A stretch of 64,000 nucleotides of DNA. It comes from Eledone cirrhosa. Lineage: Eukaryota. Of this stretch, positions 52,215 through 64,000 are shown in pieces. The translations under genes were made by a program, and so were the position numbers. The notes below the pieces were generated by a model, which saw nothing but the letters and a program-made list of their open reading frames with translations, was not told where the DNA came from and ran no database searches. Position 1 is the stretch's first letter. The number at the start of each line of letters is the position of its first letter. The stretch spans positions 149,916,001 through 149,980,000 of the forward strand of contig OZ024741.1 of NCBI GenBank assembly GCA_964016885.1. Direction: 5' to 3'.

Positions 52215-52220
<6 letters not shown>
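51582..52220. repeat. Two ~68-bp direct repeats (51582-51649, 52153-52220)
   Basis: ATAATAAAGAATTAGAAATAGAAGCCAGGAC.ATCCATCAT.AGTGGTCTACTAGCC.TCATAGGTAT occurs twice. Confidence 0.85.
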
Positions 52221-52300
<80 letters not shown>

Positions 52301-52303
52301 TTA

Positions 52304-52404
<101 letters not shown>

Positions 52405-54281
52405 ATATATATTTATATATGTATATATATATATGTATATATATATATATGTATATATATATGGAAAGTTATATTTAAATTGTTGGGTTACAACTAGTAA
52501 ATATTTATAACTGATATAAAAGCACTCGACAAATATTTGGAGTATATTTACAATATTAAATAAATGGAAACTATATTTATAAAACCATATTTATTTCATT
52601 ATATATATTTCAGGGATATCATATTAACAATATGCTATGCCTTCCTCAGACAAAATACAATATAAACAGTTTTATAGATAAATAGATTCGACATACCGTA
52701 ACACCATCTACTTGCATTTGAGAAGGTTGATTTGGTAGTGACAAAATTGTACACAGAGAGAAAGAAAGAGAGAGAGAAAGAGAGAAAAAGAGAGAAAAAA
52801 AGGAAAGAAAGACAGAAAACGAAGAAAAAGAAAAAGAAAAAGAAAAAGAAAAAGAAAAAGAAAAAGAAAAAGAAAAAGAAAAAGAAAAAGAAAAAGAAAA
52901 AGAAGAAATGCATGGAACAAAATAGAGAGATGGAAAGATAGATAAAGAGAAGAACTTCATGTAAAGAAACAGAAAGAGATATATATATATAGAGAGAGAG
53001 GAAATAGAGATAGATACATATATATAGAAAGCTAGGTAGTGGGACGTCTGTTGAATAACGTATCAATGATACATTTATTTATTTATTTATTTATTTAGCT
53101 CTAGTATTAATGTAAGGGAGATATATGGAGGGAAAACCAGCTGTTATATAGGGAGAGAAAAAATATAGAGAGAGAAAAAAGAGAGAGAAAAAATTCAAAA
53201 ATATCCAGACACAGGCGAGGCGTAAAAACCTCTGTTTTAATGTAGAGGTATTAGTATTTACAAAACCAGCCTCTACATTGTAAATATCAGTATTCCTGAA
53301 TGAGATATGTATCCACAATGTGTGAAAATTAATGATCTTATGTTTAGTTTAAAAAAAAAAAAAAATTCATATGTTTATGTGATAATTACAAACATCTATG
53401 TGAATGTACATGATCAATTCTGAAAACCCTAAGTTCACGGAAAGTATTCTCGATGCGGTATAAAAATGTATACTTAAAGAGAAGGAAAGAGAGAGTCATA
53501 GAGAGGCAGTGAGAAAGAAATGTAGAAGAAGAATTGATTCAATACTAGATTGCTACTTTTTACGGAGCTCAAAATGATGAAAGAAAAGTTGACTTCAGCG
53601 GGTTTTGAACTCAGAACGCAGAGAACGGGAACAAATACCGCACAACATTCTATCAGCCGTTCTAGTGATTCTGCCACTTCACCACCTATAATAAAAAATA
53701 GTAATATATTTCATAATCCTAAAGAACGTAACTACAAACACTACCACCAGAGAGATTAGATATAGAATTAATTTTGTGTAAATTTGCAAAATAGACCGCA
53801 AGGTGTCATTTTGGAAGATTTATTCTTTCCTTCGAAATTAATGTTTTAGGTCCCTCCTGATTAGCTCAATATATCATGCAGCTTAAAAGGTTTCAAAGTT
53901 TTAATTATTGGTGGTATTTAATATTTTCTTAACAACACGTTGAACTGAAACCCCATTAGGTTAATGTCTCGCCAATCTACAGAACGAACTAGGTAAAGAT
54001 AAGATAAAAATGTATTAATGCACATCGAGAGAATAAATAAGAAAAAAAATCGCTCTATATATAAACAGAGGTAATTTATCGTACAGATGACAACTTTAGC
54101 ACAACCTTAAGTTACAGTCTGACTGGATTTGCATGTTCGCAATCGGTAATGAGTCAATCCTTGTGTGCATATATATATATATAAGAGATGTCAACATGAA
54201 TGGACCTGTTATTTTTATCTAAAGACATATTTTCCAATTCCGCCCCGCCCGTCCCTTCAATCTATCTTATTTCTCATTCTT

Positions 54282-54317
54282 TCTTCTGATGAAGGACTAG
54301 CGTCCGAAACGTTAAGA
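54282..54317 (+). ncRNA. Minimal type I hammerhead ribozyme
   Basis: TCTT-CTGATGA-A-GGAC(tagc)GTCC-GAAA-CG-TT-AAGA: intact core, stem I, stem II and palindromic stem III (AACGTT). Confidence 0.72.
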
Positions 54318-54739
54318 CCCTCTTCCTGCTATTTCAAGCGTTAATCTAATATATTCCTTCCATATACTGTACCGATTGTGCTGTTTACCTTTTACACCCC
54401 CCACACATGTATATATATAAACAAGAAGTGTAAGTCAACAGGTTACAATTAACTTCGTTTATTCATATTCGCTGCTATATATATTTCAGTGATAACCATT
54501 ATTCAACAGCTATGACCTCACCAGGCAGTTAGAACTTGAACAGAAAAAAAACAGGAAAACATAATGTTGGAATAGAGTTTACCTTGTTAATTCGTTGATA
54601 CATTCAGAACCAGAGTGTGCTGTTAATCCTCTAAGGAACTGAAAGCATTACTCCGGAGTAAACAGACCCACCTGCGCACTTCGTCGAGTGCTCTAACCTG
54701 CATACTGAAGTGTCGGTAAACAACCAACACATACTCAAA

Positions 54740-54779
<40 letters not shown>

Positions 54780-54791
<12 letters not shown>

Positions 54792-55290
54792 TAAAAAAAT
54801 AATGAATAAAACAATGAAACAGTTCCTTATATTAAACAAAAAAAGTTCATTATTTAACGATCGTTTCTAGGATATATATGTGTTAGAATTGGCATGCATA
54901 TTCAACAGATCTATGTACAAAATTATACAAAATTATACAAACTATCAAAATTAAATATACATACCAAACACATATATATGCCGTCTTCAGAAATAATGAA
55001 ATATATTTATTGATAATAACAACAATTCAAAATGAAATTTTGAATTGTTGTTATTATCAATAACATGTATTTCATTATTTCTGAAGACGGCATATATATG
55101 TGTTTGGTATGTATATTTAATTTTGATAGTTTGTATAATTTTGTATAATTTTGTACATAGATCTGTTGAATATGCATGCCAATTCTAACACATATATATC
55201 CTAGAAACGATCGTTAAATAATGAACTTTTTTTGTTTAATATAAGGAACTGTTTCATTGTTTTATTCATTATTTGTTTAATATTTTATAT
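54780..55290. repeat. Near-perfect ~510-bp palindrome centred near 55035
   Basis: Arms of about 250 bp with few mismatches; centre AATTCAAAAT-GAA-ATTTTGAATT; flanked by (TA)n. Confidence 0.93.
55071..55225 (+). ncRNA. Type I hammerhead ribozyme with extended stem II (mirror copy 54846-55000 on the minus strand)
   Basis: Stem I TTCATTATTT/AAATAATGAA; CTGAAGA; long stem II ATATATATGTGTT..AACACATATATAT; GAAA; CGATCG; TT. Confidence 0.65.
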
Positions 55291-55394
55291 ATATATATAT
55301 AGTAATAATAATAAATTTGAAGACTAAAATATATATATTTATATATATTTATATATATATATATATATTGTTATACTTTGGGAGGGTCATGTTG

Positions 55395-55445
<51 letters not shown>

Positions 55446-55450
<5 letters not shown>

Positions 55451-55564
55451 AATTACACAATAAACAACACATAATTATTTCATTACCGAAGGTTTCAAGA
55501 AACTAGATTCTTGAAATCTTCGGTAATGAAATAATTATATGTATTGTTTATTACGTAATTAAAT
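55446..55564. repeat. Inverted repeat, ~55-bp arms
   Basis: ATAATTATTTCATTACCGAAGGTTTCAAGAA / TTCTTGAAATCTTCGGTAATGAAATAATTAT. Confidence 0.85.
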
Positions 55565-55622
55565 AGCTCTGTACAATACATAGAGCACTCTTTTTTCCTT
55601 TACCTTTTCAAAAGAAATACGT

Positions 55623-55742
<120 letters not shown>

Positions 55743-56601
55743 CAGTGGCGGACTGACTAGGCTGTCTGCTTGTCTGATGGCAAGTGCGCCCCTCGGGGAC
55801 CCACGGTAGTATTTTAGGGGCCAATACATAAAACGTTGCTTTCAAAGAAAATATCAGAAGTCCTAGAGAAAGAATAAAAAATTAAGAAAAAAATACAACA
55901 ATTAAGCAACGACTTTTACATGAGATCGAATTTATATATATATATAAACAATGTACGAAGCCAAATTTTCGGCTTTTGAAGCAATGAGAATATATGTAAT
56001 TATATAAGTATAAAGAAAGTGCTTAAGCGCAGAAATGCTATAAAGATAGATTATAAAATAGGGTGAACAACCTTAAAAGACGGAAAAAGAATTTGCCAAC
56101 GACGGCTATGAGGAATTGACCCCCATATTTTCCAGATAACGGCTAGAAGGTTTCAGAGATGAATGTGAGTTTAAAATAACTGGTAATTTATTTTGTCAAC
56201 CCCGGAAGGATGATAGGAAGACTCGGACAAAATTTGCACTGGAGGATCTATTAAGTTATGCAATGTAATACTGAGAGGATATGGCGGGGGTGATACATTT
56301 TTCAGTATTGCCGTTATTAGAAACTAGGCTTATTTACTTTAGGCATTGTATTTCGATTATTTATGAAAAAATGTTGGCTATATTATGTGTCCTGGCGGTA
56401 GAAATAGGTATATATTTTGATTTCTTCTAGTTACTAAAACTGATATTGTGAGATTTCGAGAGGATTTCAAGGAAACTGGCTTCCAGTTGCAAAGTAAGGC
56501 TAAAATACAAGGGGAAGGAGATGATGTATATGTATATTCAGCTATATTTGTATAACACTCATGAGCGTTTCTATGACTATCTGTATAGTCATGTCAGACA
56601 G

Positions 56602-56756
<155 letters not shown>

Positions 56757-58799
56757 AAATTAGTTATTTGTAGAGTTAAACATGAGATTAATTAAATAAA
56801 TAAAAGTAAATATTAGTCTTTGATAATTGATAGATGAACCGAACACTGCACCCAACGATGTAAAATATTTAAGCAAATTCATACGTAAGATACCAAAGAT
56901 TACTATTTACAATATAACTTTTAAAAAGGGTTGGAAATTCAACAGTCTCGGTGGTTGTGTGGTGTAATCGCTGGTTATATTATTGTATAAGTACTAATTT
57001 TAAATGACACAGACTGTTCAGAGTTCAATTTCTTCACACCAAGAAGAAGAAGAAGACATCGCTGGGCTAAAGCCCGGCTCACTTCGGACGCTCTAGCTGT
57101 GGCTATAGCTTCCTTCGGCTTCGCTGTGTTAAAGCACCACTCGCCTTGGATTTATTTGTCAAGTTGAAATATTTGACTGAGTAGATAAACTTGTAACGTT
57201 CTACGTTTGGATGTTATTTCCCGTAAATCTTAACAACGCTTTGTTTCTTGTGTATGGTTTGTTAATGAAAAATCTCCATGTTTTAATGGAAATGGAAAAT
57301 CAAAAAATTGCAAAATTATTTTTTACGATTCTTGGAAATAACACAATCGTTATACATACATCTGTATTTAAATGACACACTAGTTTGATAACAACACTTT
57401 TACCAGTATATACACTCCTCTAAACATTTAGAGTGTGATTTTAGACAAATCACGTTTGGGATTTGAAATAATCAGTCTAACTGCGTTTAAAATAAGAATG
57501 AGCATCTTAGAGCATGCCGTGCCCAATAAACATGATCCACATCGTCCCCACTTGTGCTGTAAGCTGTGTTTAAGTGCAAAATAATTTTATTATATTTCAC
57601 GACTTGCATGCATTAAATAAAAGATCCGAATTACTAAACTCCTACAGGCATACTTCTCAATACTTGCATTTTACTCTCCCGATTAACGATTAATTTCTTT
57701 CATTCTTTTTCTACAATCTGACTTTTAGACACCATCTTTTGTTCATTTTATCACTTTCTCACATTGAAGAACTTTTATTTTTACATCTTTGAAGAGAGAG
57801 TGAAAACCTCGCGAACAGCGAGTGTGTTGTCTCGACACACTTTTGCAGATTTCGAAACAAGCACACTGGAACAAGTTCTACAAGAAACAAAATCAAGATT
57901 TTCAGAATTCGACAATACCATAATCATTAACATAGACGTTGAAGTATATATATTCAACAGCACCGCAATCATCAATATAGGCACTGCAGTACATACATTC
58001 ACCAAAATATATCCTGCAAGTCCATGTAAAAAATATAACCCCAAATAACTAGATTTCTTCAAACAATACACTAAACGAAATAAAACTCAGCATGTAACAA
58101 TTAAACAAGGACATAAAAATAACACAAACTATGCAAAATAGAAAACCGGCAACAATTTGTATCCAAGAAACATGCTACAAGGCTAACAGTATAATACTTT
58201 GTAGTGTAATTGGCATGGCCAACAATCACAACAATGCTAGCTTCACACCACACTATGTCATAATAGAAACTTTAAATTCCACCCACTACAAAAACATCAT
58301 TTTCAGAACCTGCAATTTCTAGAATGGAGCACTATAGGGTTTCCGTCCGTTCACCTACCCCTTTTACCTATAGAACATGCAGACAGCTTCATATACAGAT
58401 GAGGGGACACTCACATAATCCTGGCACCATACTTTGCACACTGCTGCACAAGTACTCCAAACCTACTTCAATCACACTGAAACCTGGCCCCCACAACAAT
58501 GAAACTTGAAGTAGCATCTACCAAAAGCAGTTAACACTTTTACCAGCAACGTAAGAGAATATGGAATACTAAACAGAAATATATTATAACTGTGAAGATG
58601 GATCCGTGGGTCATATATCGTTGCTCAGCCGACTGTCAACGCGTGGTGGCACTGCTTGATCACAACTGACCTGGGGTTACACAACAACAACAAAAGCAAA
58701 TGAACATCAATAACATCGAGAAACTACAACAACAAATAGAACAAAACTTGTCATAACATAAAAAGAAACAATGACTGCCTTAGTGAAATTTCTTTATAT

Positions 58800-59054
58800 T
58801 TCTTCTTCTTCTTCTTCTTCTTCTTCTTCTTCTTCTTCTTCTTCTTCTTCTTCTTCTTCTTCTTCTTCTTCTTCTTCTCCTCCTCCTCCTCCTCCCCCTC
58901 CCCCTCCCCCCCTCCTCCTCCTTCTTCTTCTTCTTCTTCTTCTTCTTCTTCTTCTTCTTCTTCTTCTTCTTCTTCTTCTTCTTCTTCTTCTTCTTCTTCT
59001 TCTTCTTCTTCTTCTTCTTCTTCTTCTTCTTCTTCTTCTTCTTCTTCTTCTTCT
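58800..59054. repeat. (TTC)n/(TCC)n microsatellite
   Basis: Read directly from the sequence. Confidence 0.95.
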
Positions 59055-59536
59055 ATACCGCCTTCAAATCCCTCTTTACGTCCATTTTATTCAATAGAAA
59101 CTTTCATTTACAATTTCTGTTTTCTTTAAAATACCAAACCATCTCCAAAACCACTACACCCCATACCATCAACCACAAAAGCAACAACAAAATTTAAAGA
59201 AAATAGAAATTTGATGTTATTGGAATTCCAATTGAGACCAATTTCCATGTATCCCTTGTTATTTAGGGATAACATTGGTTTTTTAAAACTATTTTCCCAT
59301 ATGCTTTTAGCCTATTTTTTAAATTTTATTTTTGACACGCCCTCTATTAAAGCAGAGTCATGCTTTTACATTAAACTCTGAATATAATTCAATTTCACGA
59401 AAGCTATTGCTGCCTCCGTCTCTCTCTCTTAGTTCTACTCACCACATCCGTTGATATCACTATCTGACTGTGCCTGTTTATCTCTCCATTTTACTGTGTC
59501 AGTCTGTCTGTCTGTCTATCTGTCTATTTCTGATTG

Positions 59537-59601
<65 letters not shown>

Positions 59602-59612
59602 TTATCTATCTA
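59537..59612. repeat. (TATC)n microsatellite without an inserted element
   Basis: Read directly from the sequence; no element 3' motif upstream. Confidence 0.9.
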
Positions 59613-59984
59613 TTTAATGTAATTGAAATAGGAGTTGTTGTTTATTCAGATATCAAGAAAAGCCATTTTCAGCTTCTTAAAAAGTCGAGATTCATTTTCC
59701 TAGTTTTATCTAGCTCTCCGCCTTCTCTCTCTCTATCTATTTGTCACTCTGTCTATTTGTCTCTATGTCTAATTCTCTCTTTCTCCAACCCCACTCTCTT
59801 CACATCACCCCACTCTCTCTCCCCTCCCCATTCAATGTGAAATAGTTTGTATTAAACTAGAAGGTAATTTAGATGATGAGCTGTCTAGTCCACGGGCCAA
59901 TGTCCCAATAAATTGGGACGGTGGTGCAGTTTCAATACTCTTTTGTCATGTTGCTGGAGATGTCTTCTTTCTCCGGCTACTTAT

Positions 59985-60130
59985 TCAGGTGTTTGGTTCA
60001 GTTGTTAGGGTGTTTGACACGATCATAAGGTTGTGAGTTCGATCTCCGGTGGCTCGTAGTGTCCTTGAAATTTATTTCACGTTGCACCAGTCCACTCAGC
60101 TGACAGAAATAAGTTGCAGCTGTAATTCAT
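59985..60130 (+). mobile_element. Decayed tRNA-derived SINE
   Basis: B-box GAGTTCGATCTC followed by GTGTCCTTG and CAGTCCACTCAGCTG core-like sequence. Confidence 0.5.
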
Positions 60131-60726
60131 CATACCAACTTCATCATACACTGTGCAACGTTGAACTACATGAAGGGTACACGTGACTGTGGAAAGCTCA
60201 GCCGATTGCGCGTTAATTTCATAAGCAGGCTGTTCCGTTGATTCAACAACTGGAAGACTCGTCGTCGGAACCGACGGAGTTCCATCACACACTTTATTCA
60301 AAATCACTGTTGCCGTCGATTGGTTGAGCAGATCTATTATCAAATGTATTACAGCCGTGATCAGCCTGTCTTTTATTATTATTTTTTCATTTCAAGATTA
60401 GTGTCCCCCACACTACATTATTCAATGGATATATACATATTCAAGACAGCGGACACAACCATGACTGAATAGTTAAGAAGATCGCTTCACAATCATAATG
60501 TCCCCAGTTTGATTCGCCAATGTGATACATTGAGTTTGTGTGTTTGCCATAGCTTTGTGTCGACTCAAGTCTTGTGAGTGAAATTGGGTAGACGGAAACT
60601 AAATTGTGTTAATGCCTGTCAGATGAATTGAATATGTAATCTAAAGGCCTAGTCTTGTTAAATATTGTACTTCACTGATTCGGCTCGGGAATTACGGTAT
60701 TTGTGGAACACTCAACCAAATACTGT

Positions 60727-60919
60727 ATAATTGTTTCTACTTTAGGCACAAGACCAGCATAACCCCAGTACGTTACTGGTATTTTATTTTATCGACCCCG
60801 TAAGGATGAAAGGCAAAGTTAACCACGGCGGGATTTGAAATCAGAACGTAAAGGGCCATAACTCTATGCTGCAAAGCACGGAGTCTGATGCTTTACCGAT
60901 ACTGCCAATCCACCGCCCA
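60727..60919 (-). mobile_element. Deu/Nin-type tRNA SINE
   Basis: Reverse complement of the 692-882 family. Confidence 0.85.
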
Positions 60920-61444
60920 TACAGTATAATACAAGATAAACTGTATCTACAACTCAAAGGTTCAACCTTGTTAAATACTGTGTGACGCTGATTCAGTTTG
61001 AGAATTTCATTTAGGGAACACATATCTGTGGAATACTCAACCACTTAGACATTGATTTATGAGTTGGACGTTAAGTTGATCGAATAACTAATTGAATGCT
61101 CATCGTTGAAGAAAGCAGGGATATAATTAGAGGTTTAGCTGCTGTATCTACAGTCATTGATAGGGAAACATTAGATGATGTAGTCCAAGATAGAAAATGC
61201 CGCGTAAAAAATAAATAAAAGACATGGCTGGAATGCTTTTAATCATAGGTCTGCTTGATCAGTGTGACCTGAAGCGAAACAACAACAGCACTACTACTAC
61301 TACTACTACTACTACCCGCCGCCACCGCCACTACTACTACTACTACTACTACCCGCCGCCACCGCCACTACTACTACTACTACTACTACTACCCGCCGCC
61401 ACCGCCACTACTACTACTACTACTACTACTACCCGCCGCCACCG

Positions 61445-61481
<37 letters not shown>

Positions 61482-62599
61482 CGCCAAATCAATTTCAGCC
61501 TGATTTGAACTCCATAACGTATAAGTGAATAATTTACTCGGATACTTACTACACCTTGGAATATCCTCCAAATCTTCGGTTCTTCCTCCTATTACCATAA
61601 ATAGGAGTTTTGACATTTACAATATGACATTTACAACAACTCCTGATTCGAAACAATGGCTCAGTGTGAAAATATGCAAAACGAAAATATCTCAAATGAT
61701 AACAATAATAAACAGAAAAAAACATCAATATATTAACGACGACCACAACCACCATACCACCACCATACCACCACCACCTCCACCATCACCACCACCACCA
61801 CCACCACCACTAACACCATACTACCACCACCACCGCCACTATACTACCACCACCACCGCCGCCACCGCCACCACCATACTACAACCACCACCACCACTAC
61901 CACCACCACCACCACCACCACCACCAACAACAACAACTAATCTTCAATGAAATTGTACATAGTAACCAACTGTTCTATGTGACATATACCCCCAGTTCTT
62001 GACAACATCAATTGTGGTATATGACATAATTTGATATATCATATGACATACATACACACGCACACACTCCATATGACATACATACACACGCACACACTCC
62101 TTTTCTTTCATTCTTTTATTTGTTTCAGTCATTGGACAGCGGTAATGCTGGGGCATCACCTTACAGAGCTTTAATCGATCATATAAGCTCCAATACATAT
62201 TTTTCAAGTCTAATATATATATTTTATCGTTCTCTTTTTGTCGAACAGCTATGTTACAGGATATCCACACTAACACAAAACCGAAACCTTGTTAAATAAG
62301 TGTTGGTATACAGAAGCTGTATGGAAGGCAGCCTTTTGAAGAGAATGTTAGTGTTCTTGGTTTGTAGACCTAATCTGATGACCGGTTTATGACCACCATC
62401 TGCCCTTTAGGGACCTTAAGCGCGGTATCAGTGTTGATTCCATTGCACGGCGTTTTGTGCAAGTGTTTCTATCAGTGCTTTGAATTGATCAAAGCCTGAT
62501 GAAAGAAAATTTGGTAGGCAGAAACTGTGTGGAAGCCAGCTGAAAAACCGTTCATTTTCTTGAGTAACAAACTTAACCCGTTACCCGAGTTAAGAGCAT

Positions 62600-62890
62600 G
62601 GAGGTGAGTGAGCTAGCGGTAAAGGTGATGAATTTACGATCATAATATCGTGGGTTCGATTCCTGAACAGGTTGTGTGTTGTGTTCTTGAGCAAAACACT
62701 TCATTTCTCGTTGCTCCAGCATACTCAACAGAAAATTAATAACATCAATAATTGGGGGTTTAATTTTGCAATGGACTGGCGTCCTGTCTAGGGGGGGGGG
62801 AAAGAGTCTTGTACTCTCAGTCGCTTAACGCCACAGAAACCGGGATAAGCAGCACCCTGATGAGTCTCCTGGCTCGAGACAGACTTTAGA
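62600..62890 (+). mobile_element. Meta-type tRNA SINE
   Basis: B-box GGTTCGATTCC; TTGTGTTCTTGAGCAAAACACTT; Meta-like ATGGACTGGCGTCCTGTCTAGGGGG..TACTCTCAGTCGCTT..CAGAAACCGGGATAAGC. Confidence 0.7.
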
Positions 62891-63631
62891 CTTTAGATGA
62901 GTTAAGACCACCATGTGCGTTTTGGTTCATTTCGTCTCGTTCAATTTTCCAGTTTTAATATAACTTCCCCCTTCCTCTTACCAGTCTCTGAGGCCCTAAA
63001 ATGTCATAGTGATTTCCTGTTCTCCTCTCACTGAGTCATTAAACAAAAATGAAGATGTCGGCCAACTTGACAGCAAAGAAGCAATTAAAATACGGCGTTG
63101 ATAATATATGAATTAAAATAGGTTAAAGTTTCTCTCAAGCTCAACAAGCCGGAGTTTATCCAGGTTTCATAGGCGTTAACCCTGTCAACACTTTCTTTTA
63201 AATTTCAAACTTACTGCTCGCTCCATTCTTTACATTCTGACATTCTAGCTCAGAGGTTCTCAAACGTTTTGGGCCACCGCCCCCTGATGACCAGGTAATA
63301 CTATACTAATTTCCAGAGAGACCTGCCTACACATAAATTGCAAATAATATATAATAAATAACATCGTTAATTCATATATAACTAGACATGAAAAATGCGC
63401 AAGCTCAAAAGTGCCACAGAATGTTATAATAAACCTTCAAAAGTGTGGGACTAGAGTTGTTGCTAAAAAATATTGTAATCATTATATATCGTACATTCTG
63501 TGGCATCCTTTATAAAAATAGCTTAAACCAACGAAGCCTTTATTTTTACGCTATTTCACTTAGTTAATTCTTAGAGTGTAACATATAAAAATATGATTTA
63601 CAACTATAAAATAAATTAATTAATATAATAA

Positions 63632-63719
63632 CAGAGCTGCGGAGCTGAAATTTAGGAAATAATGGAGTATCGGATCCTGAGTTGGAGCCAGTCAATTTTT
63701 GACCGACTCCGCAGCCCTG
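63632..63719. mobile_element. Tiny hAT-like MITE
   Basis: Imperfect TIRs CAGAGCTGCGGAG / CTCCGCAGCCCTG; coordinates approximate. Confidence 0.5.
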
Positions 63720-64000
63720 TATAATACATTTCATATTAAAGTTATTAATAAACCTATTTTACACTTCATGCAAATTACCACGAGATATTGATATTAGATA
63801 TAAGATACAGCGCAATATCTACAGCTGTAAAAGTACGAAAGCGAAGTAATAATAAGTGGCTTAAGGTAATTCCAATATGAAAGTTTGTAGTGATAAAAAT
63901 TTGATAATGCAATACGATTGTTAATATTATAGTTCTATGAAAATGTAACAATAGATAACTAAATTATTTTACTATTAGTATATTTAAGAAATTATCATTA

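Noticed and set aside
54510-54700. Possible small host exons on the minus strand (also near 32470-32510)
   Set aside because: AG/GT boundaries exist, but the peptides are short and unrecognisable and one implied intron is too short; needs RNA-seq.
57764-58600. Short ORFs that might be a decayed LINE ORF1
   Set aside because: No convincing motif could be reconstructed.
62855-62890. CTGATGA plus hairpin as a hammerhead
   Set aside because: The GAAA core is absent (AGAC) and it lies in the SINE tail.

Overview
Repeat-saturated, AT-rich eukaryotic DNA; the SINE and microsatellite content suggests an invertebrate, probably cephalopod or other mollusc (inference). No host gene can be supported. 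From about 1.2 to 29.4 kb there is a head-to-tail, same-strand array of six L1/Tx1-type non-LTR retrotransposons (zinc-knuckle ORF1; APE-RT-zinc-finger ORF2) from several subfamilies. Each copy is bounded by (TATC)n, and one has a visible 17-bp TSD, which points to a (TATC)n-targeting family. The main finding is a conserved splice architecture in these elements. There is a short GT-AG candidate intron just before the ORF1 ATG, a 5' splice donor overlapping the ORF1 stop codon, and a polypyrimidine/TAG acceptor overlapping the ORF2 stop codon, so all of ORF2 looks like an optional intron. The UTRs carry covarying hairpins. The rest of the window holds Deu/Nin-type tRNA SINEs, a Meta-type SINE, decayed LINEs, a hAT MITE, an 11-kb 12-bp satellite and several type I hammerhead-ribozyme motifs, two of them forming a ~510-bp palindrome. 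All calls were made by eye, so boundaries may be off by a few bases.
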